Assembly: GCA_040954595.2 (NCBI GenBank)
Contig: CM082581.2
Location: 3,836,699-3,900,698, forward strand
Direction of reading: 5' to 3'
Origin: Balanoglossus misakiensis
Taxonomy: Eukaryota; Animalia; Hemichordata
DNA length: 64,000 nt
Below, in pieces: positions 24,701 to 38,500 of this stretch. Each line of letters opens with the position of its first letter. Within the stretch, counting starts at the first letter, position 1. A model generated the notes under the pieces. The model did not search any database, was not told the DNA's origin, and worked only from the letters and a program-made list of their open reading frames with translations. A program made the position numbers and the translations under genes.

Positions 24701-26490
24701 TCAGCAATCCCAGAATTCCTTGCTCATTGAACTCTTCACTAGAGTTGAATACAACTCTCCCGTCAATTGTCTGTGGTTTGGTTTCCATGGTAATAAGTTG
24801 CTTTATACGACGTTCTGCATCAGCTTTGGTTGACAGAAGTTGGCCAGCATTCCCATGATGCATCAGTGCTTCAATATAACTGCATGTACTCTGAATGTTA
24901 CCACATTTTAATTCTAACTCATCAATATCCACAGATGCTGTTTTTATTTTCAGTTTGTAATTTTCATTCAGCTTGTCTACCAGTCTCTGCTCTTCTCTCT
25001 TTACTTTGTTGATGATTTTTTCTGCTTTAATTCTCACCTTCCTTTCTTCTCTCTTATGCTGCTCTGTGATATCGCTGTGTACCTGCTTGGCTAGGCTTTT
25101 GTTCTTTTCAGTTTCCTGTTCTTTCACTTTCAGTTTGTCCACCATGGCTTTCAAGTCTCTCAGATACTCATCTGCTGCGTCTTTCAAGTCTCTGTGTACA
25201 TGTTCCGGTATGCGGTGTTTGACTATTGTACAGTCTGTACAGACAGGCACTTGACAGGTTTCGCAGTAGAATTTGATTATGTTGTCAGTGTGAACGTTGC
25301 AATATTCGACTGCTTGCAATGATACAGGCCTTGTTGACTTTGCAGTTTCATATTCTTCTATGGGAAAAGTCTGTGTGTGCGGGTGACTGGTAGATTGCTG
25401 TGTACCTTAATACAGCTTTCACAGAGATAATGTTGACACTGTACACACCTGTGAGTGGCTGTATTCTCTTGGCAACCTTCACACTTGATTTTAGCAGCTG
25501 CATGGACGGAGTCCAGTCGTTGTTTAAAAATGTCCACGAGATTGGCCATGAAGAAGTTTCCCTTTAAACTTGCCAATTGCCCAGCAGGAAGGTGATATTG
25601 CTGTCGACATTCTGGACAGGTTAGAGATCCTGTCTTTTCAACCAGAGTCACTAAACACTGCTGACAGAACGTATGCAGACATGGTAGAATTTTAGGCGTT
25701 TTGAACAATTCCAGACAGATGGTACAACACAGGAAATCTTCACTGATTTCTTTCACAAATTTGCCCTCCGTGCTAGCTGTCGCCATTCTGTACGTGGGGT
25801 GTATCAGAACTAACAGTTGTCGCAGAAACAGTGGATAGAAGGTCTCTTTAACTTGGTGTTTTTCAAACACTTCCCAGCGGCTAACTCGTCCGTGATTGGT
25901 CAATCAAAGTATATGGTGTTTGCAAATTGACTAAGTTAGGGATTACTATTACACCAGCAAGTGCCTGGTGTGAGAATAGATGGGCGTTGATGGTCAGTTA
26001 GTCGCACGATTTGGGGGTCAGTCAAGGTTATCTTCAGAACAATGCCATGAATACCTGTGCGTTGCAGACAACTGAGATATGCCAGTGTAAAAAGATTATG
26101 TAGTCTACAAAGTGAAAATAGTTATTTCCTCTTTGTAATTTAAAACTGGCTGTTGTGTATGGTGCATAGTATGAATACAAGAATACAAGAAAATAGGTGA
26201 GACTGAGATAGTTACATGTATCTCAGTGTACTGAAATAAATGAAGAGACTTTTCAGGACTTTTTCCTGAGTATTGGAAATATTGGTGTAAGTTCACATAC
26301 AAAAACATTACATGTCAGGAAACTATAAATTGGCTGTAATGTCTATGTACCTGTAACTCGAGTATATAAATTATTATTATTATGGAACATTACTTTTTGT
26401 GGTTCTGGTTAGATTGTCCTAAGCATGCCAAGTGCTGAGGTCAACAGCAAAGAGTGTGTTTGTGTAATTAACACAAACACCCGCACACGC

Positions 26491-26527
<37 letters not shown>

Positions 26528-29500
26528 ATTGGACCCCATAATCCTCCACTGTTTGTATGCTCCATGGTACTTGTACCAAATGACTGTACAATATGTACTT
26601 TAACCCAGAGTTTTGCTGCCCAACTGCCACACTGGCCCAATGAGCCTTACTCAGCCAGACCAGAAAGCTGGGCACATCAGGAGCAGCTGCAGATACACAG
26701 ATTTGCGTAGCAAATGAGACAGAGGGACTGCTTATTCATGAAAATTGTGTAAATATTCCAAACTCACCAAGTTTTTCCTTCCTTGTCAGGTTGCTAGGTT
26801 CTGTCTCTTTTGCTTGACTGACACCAAACACAACTGGTGGATTTTCCAACATCGTTCTAACTTGGTGTTGTAAGTAAGAGGATCTTTCCTTATCACCTAG
26901 CAACACTGCAAATGTTGGCATGACAACAGAGGTATCATTGACAGTTAAGTTATAGTTCAGAGTCATCTCTTCATTGACGATAAGCCTACGATGTAACATG
27001 ACCTACAAAAAAAGCATATCAAAACAAAGTTCAAAGCAATTTGACAGCTGTGAATTGCAGAAACTAACCAGCATATTTATTGATGTGGCCCAAAGCGAAG
27101 TGACATACTGCAAAACGGGTTATTTTAGCGAGCAATAAATTTTTCATGAAATACGCGAGAGCCAAAAAAACGTGAAAATAAAAAGTCACGTAAAATGTTT
27201 TTCGGAGATAACAAAGCAGTAAATGAAATAAGAGAATGCGAAAATTATTTCTCGCGTAACAGTTGCCTATTTTGATATCGCGAAAATTTCCTGTCGTGAA
27301 AAAAAGGTTTACAGTATCATCCAGGCTGAAGAAATTGACCTGTCCCTAAACAATCTGTGACAAACGACCAATGATAAACAAGGTTAACATGATTTTATGA
27401 ACAAGTAAAACAATGATTCAACAGAAGACATGTAAGTTATTGCATGTACTCTAAACATGGAAAAAAGTGGTAGCTTAAATTCACTTGAACTGAACAATCA
27501 TGTAATATACAGGTGAAAAAGACTTACTTCAATCATTCCGTTGCCTTGACTACTGACACCATGGCTTTGTTGAGAGAGTAGAGTCAACCTCAAGTCTTTC
27601 TTGTCATCTTGTACAAAGGCTGTGCTGACCATGGGATAGTAATTCTTATAATAAACCAAAAAATACAATGTTCATACAATATTTAAAGCTCTATTAAACT
27701 TACTTGGCACTATTGGAAAATTTCTGAATTTAAAGGGTGATAATTGTCTTAAGCACATGTGCCAAAGCAAAGGTTACAAAAAATATGCAGTCAATGCCAT
27801 AAGGTAGTGTGCTGTTCTAACAACAGACAAGATGGTGGCGACCATAGTCTGTCGGAGATCGGGAAAAGACAGCAAATTGGGTGAAAAGAAGGGACAACAG
27901 TGCGCATGAAATATGGAAAGAAGCAAAGGCAGAAAACTATTAGAATGCATCGAATGCAAAATTGTCAGAACATTTGGATTGAATGTAATGTTTGTACACC
28001 TGGGCATAAGACGATTGTCAGCCTTTAACTTCTCACTGACTACAGATATAAATTGTGTTGTTGAACTCACGCTTTGGGCATTTCATCACGTGAAAGTAGA
28101 GTTGATATACATAAAAAATACTGAAACTGTTCCAAAGTAACATGTGCATGATGACAGCTAATTTATTATTATTTTTATTAATTCTTTATTTCGGACTATA
28201 AACGTCTCCATATAGAAATAATAACATAATGGGGAAATATTAATACAAAAAAAACGTGTCAAGTGATTTTTTTCTACCTGAGCAATTGTTTCTGTAACAT
28301 CTGTCCTGTGAGTTCTCCTCATTGTCTGGTATGCATTTTCATCTGTGTACAGTACTTTATCAGTGGATAGATTGGTTGTAAATCTAACAAGAACAATTGT
28401 GAAATAAAAATATATTAAATGTTCAATGTTAAGTATAAGAATGCCTGACATATTTCTTTTAGAAGCAATGAACATAAACTATTTTTATTTTCTTGAAATT
28501 TCCCCAGTATTTTCCCCAAACATACACTTCCCCATTGGCATAGAAGTTTTTCTTTGTGAGGACAATGATTTGTTAAATTGTAGCTTGTGAGGTTCCCATG
28601 GATTTTTCATTCAAAATTCTCAAAAAAGTAAGATTAAGTTTTTCTCATACAAACTCTTCTTTTTCTCAATATCTTTAGATGGAATTTAATAGGTACTTGC
28701 CAACAATAAAAAATGATGAAAGTTAGTAAATGTCTTTGAAAAACTTAGGAATGAATGGCAATTTCTTGTTTATCTTTGACAGTGTAACTCTGAAATGAAT
28801 GAAGTATGTCTCAGAATTTTTCAAACTTTGTTAGAATTATAATCATTGTGATTTAAATGAAGTCGCTTATAACAAAAACAATTTTCAACAATTTAACGAG
28901 CAATTGTGAAAAGCTAATGAGTGTTTTAAGTTTCACATTGTTTTGTTATAATGACCATCGGTCTCTATGCACTGATCATGTACATGTAGCTAAATTCTGT
29001 TAAAATACCAATGCAAATTACCTGGTAATAAGCTCTTTGTTGACATACAGTGGTCCAACTTTAAACTGCATTTCAACATGGCCACATAAATAATCATCTG
29101 TTGATTTCAGCTGTGGAGGTTCATCATACAGTCGTATTATCACTGAATACCTGCTGCTGTTTGGGTCCAGAAAACTAGAAAGAAATACACAATGATGATT
29201 ACTACAGAAACTTTTTAACTGTACTTTTTTGTCACTGTGTAAATTCTGATCTTGTCAATGTTACTCCCACTAGCCCACAACTTGGACTACCATTGACTGG
29301 TGGGGAGGTTCGAGGGGTGTGAGGGTGGCTTGTCACCAATGACACCTTAGTGTTCTGAAATGACTTTTTATTTAAAAACTGGAAAGACTCTATTTTGTAT
29401 CCAAAAGCCCAAGTTCTTTGAGAAATACGTCATGAACTGCACTACATGTAGCTTGAGCTTGATGGTATAAGGCCACGTCTTAACAGAATAAAATTTCAGA

Positions 29501-32500
29501 TGAAAATACCAAAATTGGAAGCCAATCAACAGTTTCTTAGAACTGAGTAACAGTAAGCGTAATTTACAGAAATAATTGACCAAACTATAGCGGGTGCAAT
29601 ACATTAATTATTATTTCATCATAGGTTTACTTAGGTTTACTCAGGAGGTGTACTGGGTGCAGATGTAGAGTCTATATGTCCAGATCCACTTTAAGTACTT
29701 TGTTGTTCTGGCACACTGGTAAGTTTAATCTTTTCTTTGTAATTATACTTGATTGGTTGGGCTATCCAGAACCTGTCCATGTGCTGTTCAAATGAATGAA
29801 CTGACAGTGCGGTGACAAGAAAGTTGTGCAGGGAATTCCACACATTCACAATACCGTTGTTAAAAGAAAACTTCCTGATATCGAGACGACAGAGTGACTC
29901 ACCTGTAAAAGTTCTGCCGAGCTTCTTTGACATAATCACCTGTCACAAGATGTAATCCTACTCTATTGCTGTCAGTAGATCGAGCAGGTCCCATTGGACG
30001 AAAGACGTATGTGGTTGAGGTCACACCTTGGCTTACCTCATAGCGAGCATTATATTCCTTGAATAAGTTATCAATCTTCATCACCTTTCCAGATATTCTA
30101 AAATCAAACAATCAGAAACTGGCAAACATTTTTTCTTGCTTGTTGAATGTCAATGTAATCATTTTCTTCAAGGTGCTATGATAGGAAATGGCCCCTTTCA
30201 ACCAAAGAATTTTCAGTGCTACTCTGAAAATGAAAAACCTTTTTGGAATGCCTCAGACTTTCAGGGAACACACAAAATTCTTTGTAATATTAAATTGTGT
30301 CAGAACTATTTCTGAAAACAAAGAAAAGAGTGTTCACAATCTTGTTTTTGAGAAAAAAATCAATAATATAAATTCTCTCAATTGATTAGACATAGATATT
30401 GGCAATCAAATTTGAATTTCAAATTTGAGACAATTTTGCTCTCTCAGGATGTGTCTCATTCAAAATTTTGCAACCCCTAATTTTCATTCCAAATTTTAAG
30501 AGAGAATATGAGAAAAAGTTTAAGACTTTGATTTTCAGTGCTCTTACTATACCTTATGCTATTACAAATCTAGTCAGTCAGTTTTCACAAATGGCATAAT
30601 TGTTATAATTGAGCAATGCAGTGTTCTGACATCAGCAAAAACTTCTATATGTCTCTTAGACACTGTTCTAAGTCTCTTTTATGTCTATATCAGTCAGCGG
30701 ATCACTGTTTGCCTCCAAATTGTCTGACCGTGTTTTGTCTCTTTATCATTATCTGTTTCTGTTATCTCTTCCATCTTTTGCAAATCCTTTTTTTCTCTGA
30801 CACACTTACTTATCTGTAATGGAGTACAGCAGGTTTGTAGTATCATCAAATGTTACATCATAACATTTATTGCTGATGGCTGTGGTTTTACTGACAATTT
30901 TGTTCTTCTTCTTGTGGTAGTCCTTCTCATACCAGTGTCTGATTGGACGTTTATGAACTTTGCCCCATGATGTCATACCATAGTGGCCACTGTTCTTGTC
31001 AATGCCAAGGCTGACTTTGAAAGTCTTGTATCCCAGAGGGGGTAGTTCAGCATGGAAGAACACCTGGTACTTGTCACCCTCAAAGGATGGAGAGTTCACC
31101 TTCATAGTTATAAAAAATGATCAAATCTGTATTAGTTTTTAAAAATACTACAGAATTCTTTTTACTAGCAACAAATGCCAAACTAGCAACACCGGCTTTC
31201 TTTGAGGGGTCCGACACGTTATCTCTAAAATTGTAACAACGTCACAATTTAGTAGACAAAGAGGCGCCCCCCCCATCCCTATTGCGCAGTTGAAGTACGT
31301 GCGTGTTGAGAGAGACGTGTCGACTCGAACGCTGCTCTACGAAGCTCGTAGTTACCTTCTTACCGGGCCATTTGTACTTGAACGGACTGGGTTCCTCCCA
31401 CTTCAGGTCGGTAGATTCCTGTGAAGCAGAGACGTGAATTTTGCCGTTCCTAGTGCCGCGGGTTGCAGTGTATCCCGTCTGTTGAACTTTTTTTAGAGAT
31501 TGAGATGAGAATTAGCAGTGTAGGATAGAGACGACGTACCAAACTGCCGTGTTGTATTCTGAATTTGTGTTGAAATAAATACGACGGAAGAGTTTGAACG
31601 GCATTGCTGTGTGGACTGATAGTTTTGTGGCAAATTCGGGCGTGCGAGGCCGCCGCTAACCTTGACAGGTTACGTTGTTTGAAAAAAAAACGTTGACGCG
31701 TCAATGCGCCCAGCGGCGGACGCCACATGAATTTTTTTCAGATCTGGCTTTTTCAACGTGTTTGTTTGGCGTTCATGATTTAGTATATATCCATGTTCTT
31801 GTTCCGCTATTTCCCATTCCGAAAACCCCAAAGTTTTAAACGTGTACACTTTGACTAGAAAAGGCCTCAGACACCTTCATATGCTGTCCGGCAGCCGGGA
31901 TAGGATATCCGACTGCGGTGCAGCTCAAAGTGGCGATGAGCTGGTCATGTTGGGAACAGTGCAGCCGGCCGGTGGATCGACGTCCCACACTTTCATACCC
32001 GCCGGCGTGCGGCAATCGGCAAGAACCCATCGGGAGGAACCCAGTCCGTTCAAGCGCAAATGTCCCGGTCAGAAGGTAACTACGAGCTTCATAGAGCAGC
32101 GTTCGACACGCTAAACAACTCTCGTCGTCCGTGTTCAAGTCAGTCTCCTACCCCTTTCTGTTCACGTCTCTCTCTCTCAACACGCACGTACTTCAACTGC
32201 GAAATTGGGATGGGGGGACGCCTCTTTGTCTAGTACATTGTGACGTTGTTACAATTTTAGAGATAACGCGTTGTTGGCATGAAAGAAATACGATGTTGCC
32301 AGTTTGCCGTTTGTTGCTGGTAAAAAGAATTCCGTGGTAAAATCACTGGAATTTTATGACCAAACTTCTTTCTTCAAAAAGGAGGACAAGTTGAGCTGAG
32401 ACATAAGTGATAATGTGTTTTCATACTGTATATCATTCCATTGGTGTAGTATTAATGGATGACATGTGTTTGTTGAATCTGCTTGAAATGTTACTTTACT

Positions 32501-35500
32501 GAATAATTCACTGTATCATGTGCCAATTACAATTGATCCATTCAATTACTGATATTCATCTACTGACGAAATAAACTGAATAAACATAATAAGCATAATA
32601 ATGCCAATGGGGCAAACCTTAATATTTTTCAACATTTATGCAAATGGTGAGATAATTCTAATCGTTTGGAGAAATTAATATCAATTAAGTTATTTCTCAA
32701 ATTTAAAATTTACCAAAATTTAAAACAAATATTAGAATTTGTTTTCATTACCTGAGTTGCCACCATATTGCCATTACTGTCCTTGACAACAACTAAATGT
32801 GTAGGAATGCTAACATTAATGTATCTCTTGACCGTCCATCCAAGTGGGTTGTAAGCAACTATGGTCACTGTGTTATTAGCGTTATTGAAAAGCTCTGAAA
32901 ATAGAAACCAAAAATGTACCATTAGGAACATTAGTGTGTTTTCACATAACATTTTTAAACTTTACATTGTCAGTATTGACAGCAAAGGTTAACATTTTCT
33001 ACAGGTATTGCTTATACATTGTACTCCGCATTCAACACTGCACTTTGGCCAGACCTTTTGATTGACTTGATAGGACCTGTACACAAGATACAATGGGTAG
33101 GAGCAGAGTGGATGCTCAGGGGCAGGACCTGATGGGGAGGAGCAGTAACCCTAGATATCAAAATACTGTAAAAGGTAAAATTTGTGAATGATAAATTTTC
33201 GTGAACTATGCGAGAGCCAAAAAATCGCGACAATAAAAAGTCACATAGAAATGTTTTTGAAAAAACTATGCAATGAAATACGAGACCATGAAAATTAATC
33301 GTCGCTTAACAGTTGCCACTTTTGATATCGTTAAAATTTCCTGTTGAGAAAATTTTCCGTTTTACAGTATCACCTTTTATATATTATTGAACTGCACCAA
33401 AACAATAATTCTCTCAGTCGAAATTCACATCATAACAATTATCAAATTATAGTATAGTATACCTCTTTAATTTTGACACACTTACCAGTGACCTTATTTG
33501 AGTTCAGGGGAACAAACTCCAACTTGTTACTGTGGTGATTGTTGCTATTGGATACCATATCTGATAACATGCTTGCCATGACATTCAAAGAGCTATTTTG
33601 GCCATCTCTTAAATGTGTGTTATACATTTCTCTAACTGGTGGCGAATCAGTACCAGTAATACCATCATGGTGTTGTACCTAGTCAGTTTGAACAAAATAA
33701 TGTTGTTGTTTTTTTACTTTTGGTTAAAGGGCAAAATAGTCTTATGCACATGTCCCGAAACCAGAACCTTCTATTAGAAATTTTTTATCTTTTGGCGTTA
33801 GTCACAATCACTAAACATAAGCTTTTATTTTTTTTCATGTGAACAGGAGCAAACATTTGAATAAAGATGTCAGATCTTGTGTATACTTTGAGGCAATTCA
33901 GGTGATACATATAGACTAATACATGGTCTTATCACTTTGCCTCTGGTCAAAAGACACTAAAAACTGTTTCAATACTAGCAATCAATCTAGCAAACATCTC
34001 TGTATGATCAGCATGCAACCTGTTTATAAGTGGATTAAGACCGAAATTGAGACATCTGGAAAGTTCTTGAAAAACTTAACCATGACATACCTCAGCTGAA
34101 GCCCATCTCAGTTTCTTGATTTCTGATAAAATCCAAGTACTGTTGAGTGACTTGCTAATGTTAGCTTTGTTGTGAATAGTGAAGAGTGACTCAGCAGCAT
34201 TAAGAATAGCCTGGCTTCGACGAGCTAAGCCTTTAGCATTGCTATGGGAAGCATAAAATCCAGTCCAGGCTGAATGAGGATCTGTAAAAGTGAAAGAAAA
34301 TTCCTCTACAAGTTTTCCAAAAAATAAAACTAAAAGCTCCACGCCAAGCAACATGCATTCAATATAAGTTATTTGAACTGCACAAACTACCATTAAGTCT
34401 TACCCGATGAATAGGGCAGAAAATCTCCACTTTTTTTGACGTCCCATGTGGCGCTCGAATTCTTGACTGCCATAAAATACTCTCCCAGAGTAGCATATTG
34501 GACTGTCACACCAAACTGAGAACTGTGTTCATTGATATATTCCATCAATGGATCCATATTTTGGAACTGAATTGTGGCATTGAAGAACTGCTTGTCACAT
34601 CCCTGGAATTCGAGAAAATGTTTTCAAATATTATTGAATCAAATCACAACATTATGCTGTGTAGTGTACCCTCCATGATTCTGACCACTTCATTTGTGTA
34701 GGATCAAGAATGAGGAATAAATCAATCCCACACTTTCACAGATTCCAAAGCTTTTTGTATGTTGACAAGTGGAGTACTGGGTATATTAGCATGCTGTTTG
34801 GAGTAGAGCAAGAAATTGCAATTTAATACACACAGAAAGCTAAAAGTTACAGCTAATATCCTCTTAATAATTAATAATACAGAGAAATAAGATGAAATGA
34901 CTATACCCATGGCCATAGTAATTTGTCTGTCTTGAACCATGCTGATCTAGCCTTGATATCTTGCACCATGTACTCTGCATATTGCTTGATATTGCTAGCA
35001 TTAACTGGTAGGCTCATATTTGGATAAACATGGTCTTTTGGTGGTTCTGGGAATACAACATAGCCATTCCAATAAAATCCAGACCTGAAAGAAAAAATAG
35101 CCAACAGAGATGGAAATAACGGAGCCAATTGAGTTTGGTTGTTATTCCTGAACCACTGGAAACTTTCATAAAGACAACTTTTGGGTGTATGAAAGTCAAG
35201 CTTTGATCAAAAGAATCCAAATATTATGTTTTTATCCTTTCATAAATTAACATCACATTAAAGGGCAAGTTCAGCAAGGATGATTTTACTTATACACTAG
35301 CTTTGGGTTTTGTTAGTCGGGAAAAACAATTTTCATCATGTGAAAGTCATTTTTCCCCATAAATATTGGTGGAAGCTGCATTCTTGGGCTTCAATAACTC
35401 ATTGTATTTTGAATGATGGGAATAAGCACCAAGCTTGTAGTGGATAAAGACTAGTACCAGATTTGTGTTTTGTGGTCAACATATATTGATATTACTTGCA

Positions 35501-38500
35501 CAAGAGAGCTTCACAATTATAATAAATTAATTGTGAATTTTGCATAGACACTGTAAACTTCTCTTTTTCAACCTACTTGTCAGAAAATGGTATATCACCA
35601 GGTGTACAGTAGCTGTACTGATCCATAACATGGGTAAACATCTGCAGCTTAGAACCATGGGAAGGTGACCCTTGCCATATGAACTCTAACCCCTGTATAA
35701 AAAAAAAGGTTTTCCATCAGAACTGTAATTCAAAACACAAATATAAACCTACAATTGCTTGTACAAAGCACACACCATACTTTTAAAAAGTCAAGGCAGT
35801 AGTAATATGTACAAGAAATACAATCAAACTCTACCACATTCACTTTTGTGAACTGGTAAAGGAACAACAGTTGGAAGCCTTGTTCATTTTTTCACGTGCT
35901 TAAGGTCTCTGTACAACTGCAAATTCTTCTTTTACTTCCAACACTTGGCAAAACAGCTTGTGTATTTTATACCGACAATTGACATTGAGAACATGTAAAA
36001 TTAGAAAATTCTTGAAATTTTTAACAATATCAATGCTGATAAACTACCGCTGTTTAATGAGTTGTAAGTGTTCCAGGATGTGAAAACCTCATTGAAGCAA
36101 ATTAAACAATTTCTTCCTGAGCATACAGATTTCCTTCATTCATACCTGACTCTTCTGCATGTTATCCTTCTTATCATAATCAATTCTGGAAGTCAGATGA
36201 CCATTGAACCCAGCCATGGCAAACAGGACAGGTGTGGCTGCAGAAGCTCCAAATGGATCAATGTGCCAAGAAAATTGTGGTCGTACACCAAACGTTTCAT
36301 AGATAAAGCCATGGCCCTCTGGTAGCACACCAAGATAAAATTCGCAAAAAAAATTAAAGAGTATGATTTTACTAAAAATAACTTGCACATGTTCTGCCTT
36401 GGAAGTTAGGAGAAAGTGATTTTAGGAGTTCTACACCTTTATGATTTCAATTATGGTTTTCAATCATGAGATCAATGTTAACTGCAAAGCTGTTGTTTTG
36501 AAAAGAAAAAAAAACAATATTCTAATTATTATCCAAGACAGTTTTCACTGTAAGATTTTCAGAGGATACACAAATTGGTTTTGGTGCCAAAAAGGTGACT
36601 GGAGAACTAAGTCAGTATTTTCGTCTTCGTGGCAGTTAGGCTAGAAGTAAACAAGTATCTGCAAGGGTTGAAATTAAATCTCTCTCTCTCTCTCTAAAAG
36701 TTCACGATTTTAAATATGGAAGTAAAATCGACAATTGATGTTCTAATTAAGCAATAACCCCCGCCGCAGGCGGGTATACACGAGATTTGGGTACAATTCG
36801 AGACATATAGCACGAGCCGTCAGGCGAGTGCTATATGGAGCGAATTGTACCCAAATCAAGTGTATACCCGACTGAGGCGGGGGTTATTGCTATTATATTA
36901 TATCAACAACTGTTTTTGTGGCATATCAGTGTCATTTTCTTACCGAAACGGCGTCAGAAAGAGAAATTACGATCGTGAACCAAAATGGCGACAACGAATG
37001 TAAACACGCGCGGCCGGGATCGAGCATTAAACATGCAGCAGACGACAAAAAGTGACAAGACGGGCATCGCGCGTGGCAAAGCGACAAATATATCCACAGA
37101 GCAGTTCCAAAATAAAACGTCCGTTAATTCAACAGTATTTTTGTTTTATTTATTTGGTTTAAACACGCGCGACTGTGGTTCAACCGCACATTTTTGCTGC
37201 CGAATGCTAGTTCAGGGGCCCGTTTTACCACGGCTAGCCATGGTAAAACAGTATTTTACCATCGCTGGATTCAGCTCTCGTCCAATCAGAATCGCGGACG
37301 GTAGCATGATATAATATAATCTTGAATTTCGAATAAGGTTTGCAAAACATTCTATTTCACTATGACAGCACTGAGCAGAGTGTCTGTGAAACTATAAAGC
37401 AACTAGCATGCTAATTAATATACATAATAGTGGGAATGCTCATTGTCAGCAAAATAGCAATGATTTGCGTTTGGTGTTTTCTCACCTGTCAGTTGTTGAA
37501 CATCTGCTGAGAATTCCGTGAGAGCTTCATCATGCATTACTTGTCCACCAATGATAAACTCTAATTGTCCATTTCGAACCAACTGATGCACTTGAAGCTG
37601 CCACACAAACAAAAACATGCTTTACAAATTTCACAAAAATGTTAAATCCAGCCACTTTAATTGTTACTATTTTAAATATGTTACAACTGTCTAATGTAAA
37701 ATGTTCTATTTTAGCAAAGATGTTAGATTCAGACACTTTGAATAACTACATGTACTACAAATTCCATGACTTTCTAAAGTTTGTCCTATAATATTCTTCC
37801 CCACTGATCAGAATTGGTAAATGTAACATTAGATGCGAATTATTTCTAATAAGATCCTGAAAACCAAAGTTCAAATGAATAAGTTGCACAATTTCTGAGA
37901 AATATAGTACAATGGCCACTATGCTGCTATTTGATCAGAAGTGTTACATTTAAGTGCGTCACAATGTATTCTAAATAAGGTTTGGGTAAAAACTTAGTTA
38001 CCTGAAAGGTAATATTTAATGATCTTGATAACTCTATTTTGATCAAACCAGCTCAGAAGTGTTTGTAACAGAATGACTATCAAACTTGTATAATAAATGT
38101 TGCACTCATCTGAGATACTTTTTGACAGCAGAAATAGTAACTGTATTTAAATGATACCATCAAAATTAACAAAACATTAAATAGCAGTTTTCTAGAGAAA
38201 ACTTGGCCATTTTCAAATGAATGTAGACTGAATTGCATTCACAAACCTTCTGTGTGTAATCAGCAACATTATCCCACCACAACCGAAAGAATTCTTGTTC
38301 CACAACAATGAACTTCCGATGACCCCCTTGAATCAGATTCTGGACAACTGTTGTATACACATTGGCTGCAAAGGCTTTCATACTTTCCTGCAATGCATCA
38401 CATGAAGCTTGATTACATTTGATGAAAACATTAATCTCTTTGTGATGCATGATGGTCATTCACCACTCAAACGAATGAAAAGATGAAAAATAAGCTTTCT

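Noticed and set aside
23590-25254. Plus-strand ORFs overlapping the TRIM gene, and similar short antisense ORFs over MAN2B2/MFSD10 exons
   Set aside because: Shadow ORFs of real coding sequence with no recognisable motifs.
25320-25360. Tiny intron repairing the TRIM frameshift
   Set aside because: No suitable GT..AG pair, and the -1 frame reads a plausible linker right up to the shift.
25787-25903. 39-aa N-terminal extension of the TRIM ORF (MTNHGRV..)
   Set aside because: Non-ATG start from the ORF caller; MATAS at 25786 has good context and directly precedes the RING.
25787-26768. In-frame MAN2B2-TRIM fusion by splicing exon 16 to CAG|AATG at 25787
   Set aside because: Exon 16 ends in phase 1, giving GAA TGG CGA, which is out of frame with the TRIM ATG.
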